This document shows positions 10,117 through 20,885 of a stretch of 64,000 nucleotides of DNA, piece by piece. The notes below the pieces were generated by a model. It made no database searches. It saw nothing but the letters and a program-made list of their open reading frames with translations, and was not told where the DNA came from. The stretch covers positions 5,415 to 69,414 of the forward strand of contig JAUQWQ010000034.1 of NCBI GenBank assembly GCA_030835085.1, given 5' to 3'. The position numbers and the translations under genes were made by a program. The stretch is from Ignavibacteria bacterium. Lineage in GTDB: Bacteria > Bacteroidota > Ignavibacteria > Tepidaquicellales > OLB5. How positions within the stretch are numbered: position 1 is the first letter of the stretch; every line of letters starts with the position of its first letter.

Positions 10117-11261
10117 GCGGCAAAATTCAAATTTATCTGTACTATCTCGGGTCTGTTGCCGGTTCTTACAGGCGGTCCCCAGGAGCCGACACCGCATGAT
10201 ACATAATAATGAGTATTCCCCTTTTGTTTGTATCCCATGCTTACTTCATATATCTTTTTTGTAATAAAATTGAACGGCCACAACTGTCCATGATGTGTAT
10301 GCCCGCTTAACTGAAGGTCAATGCCGTTATTTTCAGCTTCCTCTAATTTAACCGGCTGGTGATCCATAAGTATTACAGGGAGGTTTTTATCAACACCTTC
10401 AAGCAGAAGATTCAAAGGCTTTCTAAGAATTCCTGCAAAACCTTTCGAAGCGCGGTCTTCCCTGCCAACGATGTAAAATGAATCAGCTATTTTAACAGTT
10501 CTGTCTCTCAGCTCAATTAATCCATGTTCAGTCAGATATTTTACAGAAGGCTCAACCCCGCCAATATATTCATGATTGCCGGTTATTGCGTAAACTCCGT
10601 ACTTTGCACGCAGTGCACGCAAGTCTTCCCCGCAATTCTGCTTAACCACGGATTCAATATCTTCATCAACAACATCGCCGGGCAAAAGGATTATATCAGG
10701 CTCAAGGGAATTTATCATATTAACGATTTTTCTCAGCCTTTTCCTGTTTATGATAGTACCCAGGTGAATATCAGATGCCATTACTATTTTAAGTGATTTG
10801 AGAACACCTGCATTTTTGTTGATGTTAATATTCAGCTTCTTTTTTACAGGATTTGCCGCGTTCAAGTAACCTAAAATTACAATCAAGATAACCGATGCAT
10901 TCACAGCAAGGAAGAACATTAATTGATATTCAGCTGAATAAAAGGATGAAGGCAGGAACCCGAAAAATAAATTAAACAGCCGTACAATATCTATCAGAAT
11001 CACAAAAAGCAGATAGTAAACCATTGCTCCCAGCCAGAATGAACCAACCCAAACAAAAAATGCAGAAACCGCATTAAGGAATTTCCGCTCAAGGAATTTG
11101 CCAATAATATAAGAAAGGAAAAAGAACAAATACGCTGCGGAATATAAATAATTGTACTTATCTGGAATGGAATGCAGCCCTGTTATAAAAATGTAATAAT
11201 TAACCAGTGTATATATACTTAAAACTATGGTTAAGAATACAGCAAATTGTGATTTTTTCAA
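10113..11261 (-). CDS. Membrane-anchored metallophosphoesterase (YkuE-like)
   Basis: SDIHLG, PGDVVD, TGNHE, DHQP, SGHTHHGQ calcineurin-like motifs after N-terminal TM helices. Confidence 0.92.
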   Translation of the reverse strand: MKKSQFAVFLTIVLSIYTLVNYYIFITGLHSIPDKYNYLYSAAYLFFFLSYIIGKFLERKFLNAVSAFFVWVGSFWLGAMVYYLLFVILIDIVRLFNLFFGFLPSSFYSAEYQLMFFLAVNASVILIVILGYLNAANPVKKKLNININKNAGVLKSLKIVMASDIHLGTIINRKRLRKIVNMINSLEPDIILLPGDVVDEDIESVVKQNCGEDLRALRAKYGVYAITGNHEYIGGVEPSVKYLTEHGLIELRDRTVKIADSFYIVGREDRASKGFAGILRKPLNLLLEGVDKNLPVILMDHQPVKLEEAENNGIDLQLSGHTHHGQLWPFNFITKKIYEVSMGYKQKGNTHYYVSCGVGSWGPPVRTGNRPEIVQINLNFAA

Positions 11262-11361
11262 AGAATAATTAAGTAGTTTGTGTTAATTAAGACGGGAGCT
11301 AAAGGGTTTTATTTTACGTATTAAATTCATTAGATGACTAAAAGCCATTGGGTGAATATTT

Positions 11362-11775
11362 TTATTTGTTAAGTATAATATAATTCACCTGTGCAACTGC
11401 AACATGTACGTTGTTCATATCATACATATCAACAGCAACAGGTGCGAGAGTTCTACCGTGTTTGATAACTCTGGCAAGAGCTCTTACATCGGTTCTGCAG
11501 GCAGCTAAAAAGCGAATGTTCATATCAGTTGTTGTAATCGGCGCATCAGCGCCGGCAAGCGTTAACAGCGCGAACGCGCTTATGGAATCAGCTACCGTCA
11601 TAAGCAGACCTCCGTGGAACGATTCATATATGCCATCATATTTCTTCTGGTGTTTTACAACGGCTTCGCATAAACCATTATCCATTTCAATAAAATCAAA
11701 ACCAAGTGTATCTACAATCGGTATTTTTTTTATGCGTTCCAGAACATCCTGCCTGATTATTTTTTCTGTCTTCAT
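11362..11775 (-). CDS. PaaI family hotdog thioesterase
   Basis: FHGGLLMTVADS; TTDMNIRFLAA...KHGRTL. Confidence 0.88.
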   Translation of the reverse strand: MKTEKIIRQDVLERIKKIPIVDTLGFDFIEMDNGLCEAVVKHQKKYDGIYESFHGGLLMTVADSISAFALLTLAGADAPITTTDMNIRFLAACRTDVRALARVIKHGRTLAPVAVDMYDMNNVHVAVAQVNYIILNK

Positions 11776-11782
11776 AATTTTT

Positions 11783-11811
11783 CAAAAAAAAGGAGTGAGC
11801 TTACTCACTCC
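11783..11811 (-). terminator. Intrinsic terminator after livH
   Basis: Minus strand: ggagtgag-taag-ctcactcc followed by a T8 run. A second hairpin (cggatgac/gtcatccg) lies at 11824-11844. Confidence 0.7.
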
Positions 11812-11863
11812 ATACTTAATCACCGGATGACCTATAGTCATCCGATGATCTATGAACAATAAT

Positions 11864-12775
11864 CTATACTTTTTCTATCTCTTTTTTGCCTAACAAACCT
11901 GTAGGCTTGAAAAGAAGAATTAATATCAATATTCCGAATGCGATCGCATCGCGGTATGTAGGTGAAATATAGCCTGTAACGAAAGTTTCGAGTAAGCCTA
12001 TTATCATTCCGCCTAAAGCCGCACCCGGAATGTTGCCAATACCGCCCAGTACTGCCGCAACAAAGGCTTTCAGGCCGGGCAGAATGCCCATAAGCGGATC
12101 GATACTCGGATAATTGAGTCCGTATAATATACCCGCTGCCCCTGCAAGAGAGGAGCCTATAATGAAGGTAAAACTGATTACTGCGTTAATGTTTATACCC
12201 ATCAGGCTTGCAGCAGTTGGATTATATGAAACAGCCCTCATTGCAGTGCCTATCTTGGTCTTCATAACTATAAGCCTTAAGCCAACCATAAGTATGCCGG
12301 CGGTTAAAAGTACTACAACCGGGTTTGAACCAATTACAGCACCTGAAAGATTGATAAGCGGTTTGTTTTCCAGAAGCGATGGGAATGACTTCGGGTCAGC
12401 ACCGAATACCAATTGACCGCCGTATTCTAAAAACAATGAAACACCAATTGCAGTTATAAGTATAGTTAGTTTGGGAGATTTACGCAGCGGTTTATATACA
12501 AGCTTTTCAATAGTAAAGCCTAAAGCGCCGGTAACAATCATAGCGCCGAGCATTATCAATAATGCCATACCTATTGAGGCTATTCCTGATACTGTCGCGA
12601 AAGCGAAAAGAATCCCAAGGTAATAACCTGAAAATGCTCCGATCATAAATACATCACCGTGCGCAAAGTTGATAAACCGCAGGATGCCGTAGATCATAGT
12701 ATATCCAAGCGCAATCAGAGCATAAATACTTCCAAGCGAGAGTCCGTTAAAAACCTGTTGAATGAATTCAGTCAT
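11864..12775 (-). CDS. livH: Branched-chain amino acid ABC transporter permease
   Basis: NGLSLGSIYALIALGYTMIYGILRFINFAHG; KAFVAAVLGGIGNIPGA. Confidence 0.92.
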   Translation of the reverse strand: MTEFIQQVFNGLSLGSIYALIALGYTMIYGILRFINFAHGDVFMIGAFSGYYLGILFAFATVSGIASIGMALLIMLGAMIVTGALGFTIEKLVYKPLRKSPKLTILITAIGVSLFLEYGGQLVFGADPKSFPSLLENKPLINLSGAVIGSNPVVVLLTAGILMVGLRLIVMKTKIGTAMRAVSYNPTAASLMGININAVISFTFIIGSSLAGAAGILYGLNYPSIDPLMGILPGLKAFVAAVLGGIGNIPGAALGGMIIGLLETFVTGYISPTYRDAIAFGILILILLFKPTGLLGKKEIEKV

Positions 12776-12776
12776 T

Positions 12777-13916
12777 TTACGGTTGTACAGTTTCTTTAAA
12801 TTTAAATTGGCCGCCTTTTATTTCAAGTATTACTGCAGGCTTTATAGCGTTGCGCTGCTCATTGATAGAAATTTTTCCGGTAACTCCTGAGAAATCCTTT
12901 ATCTTTGCTAGCTCATTTTTAACTTTTTCAGGGTCGGTTGTGCCGGCTTTTTTCATTGCTTCAAAAAGTATCAAACCTGCATCATATGCCAGGAATGCCA
13001 TAGCGTCAGGCATCGCGTTATATTTTGCTTTATACTTCTTAATGAATTCCTGTATCTTCGGGTCAGGATTTTCTGTTGATACGTGCGTTGAAAAATAACA
13101 TCCTTCAAGCGCATCTTTTGCTTTGCCTTCGGTAAGCTTTTCTGATTCCCAGCCGTCACTGCCTATTAAAGGAACTGTTAAGCCTATTTCACGTGCCTGT
13201 ATTGAAATTAAATTTACATCTGTATAGTAAGCCGGAATAAATATCGCTTCCGGATTCTTCGCCTTTATTGAAGTTAACTGCGCTTTAAAATCTTTATCAC
13301 CCGCTGAAAATGACTGCACTTCAACAATTTCGCCGCCCATGTTCTTAAATTCTTTTTCAAAGAAATCAGCAAGTCCGGTTGAATAGGCATTTTTTACATC
13401 TTTAAGCAGAGCAACTTTTTTCAGCTTAAGTGTATTCAGTATAAATTTGCTTACAACAGTTGCCTGGAACGGATCAATAAAACATACCCTGAAGATATAG
13501 TCACCAATTGCGGTAACTTCCGGGTTGGTTGATGCCGGTGTTATCATGGGAATTTTATTCTGCTGACATATCGGCGCACCGGCTTTACTGTTTGATGAAG
13601 CTACTTCACCGATAACTGCAACTACGTTATCATTTTTAATTAAACGCTGAACAACTGTCTGCGCTTCCGAGGGTTTACCCTGGTCATCATATGTAATAAG
13701 TTTAACTTTTTTGTTAAGTAATCCGCCTGCGTTATTGAGCTCTTCCACGGCAAGCTTTAAGCCGTTGGTTGAAGAAATACCGAAAGTAGCGTTTGGTCCG
13801 GTCAATGAACCGTATTCACCAATTAAGATCTCATCTCCGCCGCCTTTGTTGCAGCCTGAAATTGTAAAAATTGCAATTGCCGTTAAGGCTATCATACTGA
13901 AAAATAAATTTCTCAT
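12777..13916 (-). CDS. livK: Branched-chain amino acid ABC transporter substrate-binding lipoprotein
   Basis: Lipobox ISGC, DDQGKP, SPAST-like TPASTNP, FRVCFIDPFQ, GSDGW. Confidence 0.88.
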   Translation of the reverse strand: MRNLFFSMIALTAIAIFTISGCNKGGGDEILIGEYGSLTGPNATFGISSTNGLKLAVEELNNAGGLLNKKVKLITYDDQGKPSEAQTVVQRLIKNDNVVAVIGEVASSNSKAGAPICQQNKIPMITPASTNPEVTAIGDYIFRVCFIDPFQATVVSKFILNTLKLKKVALLKDVKNAYSTGLADFFEKEFKNMGGEIVEVQSFSAGDKDFKAQLTSIKAKNPEAIFIPAYYTDVNLISIQAREIGLTVPLIGSDGWESEKLTEGKAKDALEGCYFSTHVSTENPDPKIQEFIKKYKAKYNAMPDAMAFLAYDAGLILFEAMKKAGTTDPEKVKNELAKIKDFSGVTGKISINEQRNAIKPAVILEIKGGQFKFKETVQP

Positions 13917-13990
13917 GGGCGATAAAATTTTAAATTTTTATTAGAATTGACACCAATAATACCAATTTCGGGCATTATATTCAATTAAAT

Positions 13991-14022
13991 AAAAAAGCCT
14001 GTAATTGTAATTACAGGCTTTT
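13991..14022 (-). terminator. Intrinsic terminator overlapping the GNAT stop codon
   Basis: 13-bp stem aaaagcctgtaat/attacaggctttt, 4-nt loop, T-tract on the minus strand. Confidence 0.7.
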
Positions 14023-14535
14023 GGTCAATGTCACAAAATAAAGCTTTTCACTTGTATCGCCAAAGGTATCTCCCCGGGAACCGAATTCTTCAAGTTCACC
14101 TGTTGATCTGTATCCCCGGCGGTTGTAATACTCAATAAGTTCAGTTCTTCTGCTTATCACCTTCATCCTTATTTCACTTAACCGAAGTACTTCTTTAGTA
14201 TATCTCTCGCATTCATTAATTAATATTTTGCCGATTCCTTTATCCTGGTAATTCACGTCAACTGAGAGCATTCCCAAATATGAATACGACCCGGTATTTT
14301 CAAGGTGAACACAGCCTGTGATTTTTCCGCCAATTAAGGCAAGAAATATAAGATCATCTTTGCGTTCAATTATCTCTTTAACTTTTTCTTCTGTAATTCT
14401 TATGCCGCTTAAGAAATCAGCTTCCGTTGTCCATCCTTTTTTGGAGTTTTCACCGCGGTAAACGGAGTTTACCAATTCTGTAATTTTCCGGGCATTGTTG
14501 AGCCCGGCAATTTGGATCTTAATTTCGATATCCAT
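14011..14535 (-). CDS. GNAT acetyltransferase
   Basis: YQDKGIGK motif; VISRRTELIEYYNRRGY. Confidence 0.85.
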   Translation of the reverse strand: MDIEIKIQIAGLNNARKITELVNSVYRGENSKKGWTTEADFLSGIRITEEKVKEIIERKDDLIFLALIGGKITGCVHLENTGSYSYLGMLSVDVNYQDKGIGKILINECERYTKEVLRLSEIRMKVISRRTELIEYYNRRGYRSTGELEEFGSRGDTFGDTSEKLYFVTLTKSL

Positions 14536-14546
14536 TTTTCTTTAAG

Positions 14547-14574
14547 AAAAAGGGCAGGTCTGAAAGACCCGCCC
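14547..14574 (-). terminator. Intrinsic terminator after mltD
   Basis: Minus strand: gggcgggtc-tttca-gacctgccc followed by T5. Confidence 0.7.
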
Positions 14575-14657
14575 AATAATTAATAATTTTTACAATTTAG
14601 TATTTTTGCCTTTTGCTTTTTGCTTTCTTGACTTACACTGCCTAAGCAGAGGAAGTT

Positions 14658-17012
14658 TTACTTCTTTACTATCAGCTTCTTTACTATCAGCTTCTGTCCT
14701 ATTTCAATAGTATCACCTTTTATCTTGTTCCATTTCTTCAGGTCGGCAATTGTGCAGTCATATTTATCAGCAATCTTACCAAGTGTTTCACCTTTTTTTA
14801 CAGTGTGATATGTTGTTTTGCTTTTTGTCTCTTTCTTATCTTTCTTTGTTGTTTCTTTTGTTGAATAAAGCTTTAATACCTGACCCTCAACTATCACATC
14901 ACTTTCAAGCCCGTTCCAGCTTTTTATATCAGCAACAGAGACCCCGTTTGCGTCAGCAATCTTAGTAAGGTTATCACCTTCTTTAACTGTGTATGTTTTC
15001 GATTTTTTGCTTGATGATGTAACTTTTTTGTCTGAATATATTTTCAGTTTCTGGCCAACCATTATTTTATCTGACTCAAGGTCGTTCCAGTCTTTCACAT
15101 CAGCTACATCAACATCATATGAGTCAGCTATTTCAGTCAGGTTATCGCCTTCTTTTACTGTATAGGTCTGGTAGCTTTGTTTTTTCTTCTTTGTATCTGT
15201 GCTGGTTTTCTTTTCCTTCTTAACTTCTGTGTTATTTTTAACTTCAACGTCTTTCTTTACATCAACATCTTTTTTTACTTCAACATCCTTCTTAACTTCC
15301 ACATCCTTTTTTACTTCCGTATCATTTCTATGCTCTTTATTGACAAGAACAGTCTCATTTGTACCTTCGGAATTTGTTTCTTCTATGACTTCATCTTTGA
15401 CCGGATCTTTACTTATATTTTCGGTTATGTTTTCAGTTTTCTTTTCCTCTTCAACTGAACCATACATTTCTTTATATTTATCTTTTGTAAGCCAAACAGA
15501 AAGCTTATCCCCTTTTTTGGGATATATACCGTAATTGATATTATTCCATAATCTCAGGTCGCTGGGTCTAACGGAATACTTAAGCGAAACATTATACAGG
15601 TCCTCTGTTTCAGAAATATCATGGAAAACAAGTTCACGGTTTGAAGTACTGATAATATATCTTTTGTCTTCAACCTGGTAGCCGGATACTTTAAAATACG
15701 AGTAACTCTCTTCATGGTTAACAGAAGCTGTTCCTTCATTGCCATCGTATATGGGCTTAAAGCTGTATTTTTCAATATGGCTTGCAGCTTCGTAATTTTC
15801 TGTGAATTCCTTGAATTTGCCTTTTGGTATTTTGATAAGGTAGCCGTCATCAAACACGGGTGTAATATCGCTGAGCATTTGTGAATTCAGGTCACGGATA
15901 GTTTCAACATCCGTATTGCTTAATGAAGCAATCTCATCCACTGTTAAAGCAGATTTGATTACTACCCTGTCATATTCCATGGGCTTACCCCATTCAACAT
16001 CATTAAAACCGTATTTTGATGGGTTCAGACAGATAAGAGCTACTGCAATATACTGCGGAACGTAATTCCTGGTTTCCTTTGGAAGGTACTCTCTTATTGT
16101 CCAGAAATCATTTGAGCCTGATTTTTTTATCGCACTGGTTATTCTTCCCGGACCTGCGTTATATGAAGCCATTGCCAGGTACCAGTCACCAAATGATTTA
16201 TACAGATCCTTTAAATGTCTTGCTGCTGCATCGGTAGATTTTTCCGGGTCGCGTTTATCATCTGTGCTGCCATCGTAATAAAGACCGTAAGCGGTACCAG
16301 TTGTTGGCATGAACTGCCATAAACCTATGGCTCCCGCCCATGAGCTTATCTTCGGGTCAAGCCCGGATTCAATCATAGAAAGATAGATAAGTTCTTCAGG
16401 TGCATTGTTCTCACGAAGTATACTTCTCATTAAATTAGAGTATTTGCCTAGCCTGAAGAGCCACTTATCCATATACTTTCTGCCGTTGCCGGTAAAATAA
16501 TTAATGTAATCCTGAACGGGACCGTTTTCAACAAGGGGTATTTCGTCGCATTGTGGAAGTTCATCAGGGTTGAATGTATTTGTATAGGATTTTTTTTCTA
16601 CCTTCTCATACTTTACACCAAGTTTTGAAGCAAACTTGAAAACTTTATGATTTTCATCAAGATCACTATTGGCAGTAATAAAATCCTGAACTATACTGGT
16701 TGTTATTTCCTTGTAATCCTTTTCCCATGCATAATGTTTTTCAAGATTTTTGGTATCAATTTTGCCAAGTTCTTTTAATGCTGATTCAAATTCCGATTTT
16801 GAAGACTTTGAATCAGACTGTTCGTTGAATTGTAATGCTTTAGTGTAATGTATCCTTGCATTTTCAAGTGCTGTGTATACACTCACAGAGTCTTTTTTCT
16901 TCTTCTTATCAGCAGATTCTTCTTCATCCACGTTAGAACCTCCGCATCCTGCAAGATACTGAAGTGAGATGAAGGCGAATAATATATAAAGAAGGCCTGG
17001 TAGTCTTTTCAT
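14658..17012 (-). CDS. mltD: Lytic murein transglycosylase with LysM repeats (MltD-like lipoprotein)
   Basis: Lipobox LAGC; SLT motifs [32 protein letters not shown]; three clear C-terminal LysM domains (YTVKEGDNL x2, HTVKKGETL). Confidence 0.9.
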   Translation of the reverse strand: MKRLPGLLYILFAFISLQYLAGCGGSNVDEEESADKKKKKDSVSVYTALENARIHYTKALQFNEQSDSKSSKSEFESALKELGKIDTKNLEKHYAWEKDYKEITTSIVQDFITANSDLDENHKVFKFASKLGVKYEKVEKKSYTNTFNPDELPQCDEIPLVENGPVQDYINYFTGNGRKYMDKWLFRLGKYSNLMRSILRENNAPEELIYLSMIESGLDPKISSWAGAIGLWQFMPTTGTAYGLYYDGSTDDKRDPEKSTDAAARHLKDLYKSFGDWYLAMASYNAGPGRITSAIKKSGSNDFWTIREYLPKETRNYVPQYIAVALICLNPSKYGFNDVEWGKPMEYDRVVIKSALTVDEIASLSNTDVETIRDLNSQMLSDITPVFDDGYLIKIPKGKFKEFTENYEAASHIEKYSFKPIYDGNEGTASVNHEESYSYFKVSGYQVEDKRYIISTSNRELVFHDISETEDLYNVSLKYSVRPSDLRLWNNINYGIYPKKGDKLSVWLTKDKYKEMYGSVEEEKKTENITENISKDPVKDEVIEETNSEGTNETVLVNKEHRNDTEVKKDVEVKKDVEVKKDVDVKKDVEVKNNTEVKKEKKTSTDTKKKKQSYQTYTVKEGDNLTEIADSYDVDVADVKDWNDLESDKIMVGQKLKIYSDKKVTSSSKKSKTYTVKEGDNLTKIADANGVSVADIKSWNGLESDVIVEGQVLKLYSTKETTKKDKKETKSKTTYHTVKKGETLGKIADKYDCTIADLKKWNKIKGDTIEIGQKLIVKKLIVKK
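15219..15326 (-). repeat. 18-nt coding tandem repeat (KKDVEV)n in the MltD linker
   Basis: Protein reads [35 protein letters not shown]. Confidence 0.9.
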
Positions 17013-17251
17013 ATAAATGCTTTCTCCTTGATTAATTTTGCTAATACGCCAATTTCAGAACCGAATATAAAAATTTCAACTTGTAAAATCAAGCTATTTA
17101 TTAAATAAATCCCGCAATATACATATATATAACATAGATAGCGAAAAATTTGTAGGTTTTGAACGTTTCTTCAGGTATGATTATTAAGTGAATATTACTT
17201 AAAACCTTTTTATGCTAAACTTGTTCCCTGAAATGATTTATAAAGGAAAAA

Positions 17252-17896
17252 ATGCCGATTAAGCACATAGATCTCGGTTTTGCAGATTACAAAGAAGTCT
17301 GGGACCTGCAAAAAGACACTCACTTAAAAAAGCAGCAGGGTTTTGCAGATGATATATTATATACTGTAGAGCATAACCACGTTTATACCCTCGGCAAAAC
17401 CGGCTCGCGCGATCATATTCTTATTAATGATGAGGAAATGAAAGACAAAGGCATTTCATATTACGAAATAGACCGCGGGGGGGATATAACCTACCACGGA
17501 CCCGGACAGCTTGTAGCATACCCAATACTTGACCTCAACAACTACTATAAAGATACTCACCGTTATTTGCGCGACCTGGAAGAAACGGTCATCCTTACCT
17601 TGAAAGAACTGGGCATTGAGGCTCACCGCGAAGAGGAATATACCGGAGTTTGGGTTGGCGAAGAAAAGATATGCGCCATAGGCATTAAGGTATCCCGTTG
17701 GATAACAATGCATGGTATTGCTTTCAACATAAACACAAACCTGGAATATTTTAATAAAATTATACCCTGCGGTATCTTTCATAAAGGTGTTACAAGTGTA
17801 GAAAAGATCACAGGAACCAAAGCAGATTTTAGTGCTATCAGTAAAATTTACGTCAAAAATTTTATAAATACCTTCCATCTTCATCAAAATCCCTGA
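17252..17896 (+). CDS. lipB: Lipoyl(octanoyl) transferase
   Basis: EHNHVYTLG, RGGDITYHGPGQLVAY, KICAIG, MHGIAFN, IIPCG. Confidence 0.97.
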   Translation: MPIKHIDLGFADYKEVWDLQKDTHLKKQQGFADDILYTVEHNHVYTLGKTGSRDHILINDEEMKDKGISYYEIDRGGDITYHGPGQLVAYPILDLNNYYKDTHRYLRDLEETVILTLKELGIEAHREEEYTGVWVGEEKICAIGIKVSRWITMHGIAFNINTNLEYFNKIIPCGIFHKGVTSVEKITGTKADFSAISKIYVKNFINTFHLHQNP

Positions 17897-18100
17897 AAAA
17901 TACCGATTTTCGCTAGATTTTTCCCGATAATAATCTTGACTATTTAAGCAAAAAACACGAATTTTGAAGAGGTATGTTTGTACTTTTCATTTTTTATTAT
18001 TCAATTTTAAATCTTTACATTCTACATTTCTAAAAAATTGATACTTAACCATTTAAAAAATACGAAATAATCTGTAATCTAATTTAAGGAGCACTTATTT

Positions 18101-20824
18101 ATGAATAAATTATCCAAAATGCTGCTGATATTTGTATTGGCAGTCTCATCCGGGTTCATAGGCTGGAATAATTTCAGTCCGGGTTCAAACGCCGGTAATA
18201 TTACGGACTTTTATTATTACCAGGGTCACAAATATTATCTCAATCATAAAGCTGATCTTATATACGTTAAACTTAAAAACGAGATAAGTAAAACTGAATT
18301 TGAGGATCTTATCAGTTCGTACGGTACAATTCCCGCTGATTTTTCATTCGAAAAAAATGATGTACGGCAGTTCATCAAATTGCGGGGTGATCTGGATAAC
18401 AATTCATTAAATACAATTATAAGTAATTTAGAAGCGAATAATAAAGTTGATTTTGCCTCACCGGTTTTTGGAATGAGAAATGGTTACGGCAACAGCAACA
18501 CTCTGATTGGCTGCGAAGATAACATTATACTGCAGTTCAAACCTAATTTCAGCAGGCAGCAGGTAGAAAGTTACTTAAGCAGCAAAAGCATGACAATCAT
18601 TAAGCAGCTTGAGCTAACCGGCGGACTTTCATTCATTGTCAAAGTGCCAAATACACCCAACAGAACTTCCATCGATTTTGCAAATGAAGTTTACGAAAAT
18701 GGAGTTGTAAATTACGCTGACCCGGGATTTTTCTATACAAACCTGCTTCAGATAATCCCGAACGATCAGTTCTTCCCGATGCAATGGTCAGCAATAAATA
18801 CAGGAACTAACATCCCTGTTACGGGTAACGGTACGGCTAATAATGATATGGGACTTGACAGCGCATGGGACCAGACAACAGGTATACAGCAGTGCAGGAT
18901 CTCTATAGTAGATACAGGTATCGATACAACTCATCCTGATCTATCTGCAAATGTAGTGAACGGGTACAACTATAATTACTACGCTGATACATACGGCGGT
19001 ATTGATGATTACGGACACGGAGCATCATGTGCAGGAATAGTAGCCGCTCTTGGCAATAATACAATCGGTATATCCGGTGTGGCACCGAACGCAAAAGTGT
19101 TTTCAGTAAAAATATTCAATTCAGCAGGCAGTACCACTACAACTGCAATAACAAACGGAATGATTGGAGTAAGAACATTTGGCGATAGCTGGGTAAGCAG
19201 CAATTCATGGGGCGGAGGAAGTCCGATAAGTGCAGCTGATAACGCAATTCTTGACGGAACCACATTGGGGCGCAACGGCAAAGGTATTGTATGGTGTTTC
19301 GCAACAGGAAACGGGAATTCAGCAGTAAGCTGGCCCGCAACACTCACAACCGTTATTTCAGTCGGCGGCGTCAGCCCGTGCAACGAAAGGAAATCACCAT
19401 CGAGCTGTGACCTTGAAAACTGGTGGGGTTCAAACTACGGCACAGGAACTGACCTGGTTACACCCTGTGTAAAAATATACGCAACAGTACAGGGCGGCGG
19501 CTATACCAGTACATTTAACGGTACATCAAGTGCAACACCTAATTGTTCAGGTGTAGCAGCATTGGTACTTTCCAAAGATTCAACCCAGACATGGGATACA
19601 GTACGCGTAAGGCTCAACAGGACAGCGCAAAAAAGAGGGGCTTATTCATATACTTCAGCAGGTCCATTACCGCAACTAGGAAATACATGGAACAACGAAA
19701 TGGGTTACGGAATAATTGACGCGAACCTTGCACTGCTTGCAGTCGGTCCGCCGCCATCACTCCCTGCAAATGATGTTATAGCGGGTCCGTTTTTAAGCAT
19801 GCCTTCTTCATTTACAGTAAATCTTTCTTATACAATCAAAGCTAAGATAACTAACGGCGGAACAAATGCGCAGACTAATCTGCCGGTAAGATTTTCCATT
19901 AACGGTACTACTCTTACAACAAATACTGTCGCAAGCCTGCCTTCAGGGGCTATTGATTCATCAGCGTTTTCATGGACACCGACAGTAGCAGGAAATTATA
20001 CTTTAAGGATAATCAGCGCAGCAGCAATTGATGAAAACAGGAATAACGATACTGTTACGCAGGTTGTAACTGTAGCTCCTGCAGGACTTGTAAATTCGCA
20101 GACACAGATTTGCAGGAATAATGTTAATCTTTTAATTCCGGATAATGCTGCCGTAAAGGATTCTATTATAGTTAATATTACAAATGCATTTAACGTTATT
20201 GATGTAAATGTAAGAATTGACACTTTGATACATACCTGGGATGCTGATCTTTCATTAACCTTAACAAAGGGCACTGCAAGCTGTAACATAATAAATCATG
20301 TTGGGGGAAGCGGTGATAACTTCATCGGAACTGTACTTAATGATTCAGCTATTTCATCATTAACTACAGGTACTGCACCTTTTACAGGCACATGGAGACC
20401 ATCATCACCATTAATTGCATTAAATGATATCCCTGTTAACGGAACATGGGTGCTTAACGTTACAGATGATGCCACAGGGGATACAGGATTGCTGAAAGCC
20501 TGGTGCATACAGGTAACATACCAGACATTAACAGGCGGTATTCAGTCAATTGAAATTCCTAATTATTTCTCACTTGCTCAGAACTATCCGAATCCGTTTA
20601 ATCCTAACACTTCAATAAAGTTCTCAGTGCCTAAAGCAACAAACGTTACATTGAAGATTTATGATGTTTTGGGTAAAGAAGTAGCCACACTTGTAAATGA
20701 AATTAAGCAGCCGGGATTTCATACGGTGGATTTTAACGCATCTAACTATGCCAGTGGTATTTACTTCTATAGAATAGATGCCGGAGAATTCACTTCTATA
20801 AAAAAGATGGTACTGGTCAAATAG
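18101..20824 (+). CDS. S8 serine peptidase + CARDB + proprotein-convertase P-domain + T9SS CTD (paralogue 1)
   Basis: Catalytic IVDTG, HGASCAG, GTSSATP; HTWDADL and VNGTW P-domain; QNYPNPFNP CTD; SD AAGGAG. Confidence 0.93.
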   Translation: MNKLSKMLLIFVLAVSSGFIGWNNFSPGSNAGNITDFYYYQGHKYYLNHKADLIYVKLKNEISKTEFEDLISSYGTIPADFSFEKNDVRQFIKLRGDLDNNSLNTIISNLEANNKVDFASPVFGMRNGYGNSNTLIGCEDNIILQFKPNFSRQQVESYLSSKSMTIIKQLELTGGLSFIVKVPNTPNRTSIDFANEVYENGVVNYADPGFFYTNLLQIIPNDQFFPMQWSAINTGTNIPVTGNGTANNDMGLDSAWDQTTGIQQCRISIVDTGIDTTHPDLSANVVNGYNYNYYADTYGGIDDYGHGASCAGIVAALGNNTIGISGVAPNAKVFSVKIFNSAGSTTTTAITNGMIGVRTFGDSWVSSNSWGGGSPISAADNAILDGTTLGRNGKGIVWCFATGNGNSAVSWPATLTTVISVGGVSPCNERKSPSSCDLENWWGSNYGTGTDLVTPCVKIYATVQGGGYTSTFNGTSSATPNCSGVAALVLSKDSTQTWDTVRVRLNRTAQKRGAYSYTSAGPLPQLGNTWNNEMGYGIIDANLALLAVGPPPSLPANDVIAGPFLSMPSSFTVNLSYTIKAKITNGGTNAQTNLPVRFSINGTTLTTNTVASLPSGAIDSSAFSWTPTVAGNYTLRIISAAAIDENRNNDTVTQVVTVAPAGLVNSQTQICRNNVNLLIPDNAAVKDSIIVNITNAFNVIDVNVRIDTLIHTWDADLSLTLTKGTASCNIINHVGGSGDNFIGTVLNDSAISSLTTGTAPFTGTWRPSSPLIALNDIPVNGTWVLNVTDDATGDTGLLKAWCIQVTYQTLTGGIQSIEIPNYFSLAQNYPNPFNPNTSIKFSVPKATNVTLKIYDVLGKEVATLVNEIKQPGFHTVDFNASNYASGIYFYRIDAGEFTSIKKMVLVK

Positions 20825-20852
20825 ATTGTAAATCTTTTTATTACAATAGTTT

Positions 20853-20885
20853 AAGGGATTCCGGAATTTTGGAATCCCTTTTTTT
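20853..20885 (+). terminator. Intrinsic terminator after S8 paralogue 1
   Basis: aagggattcc/ggaatccctt stem followed by a T-tract. Confidence 0.85.
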
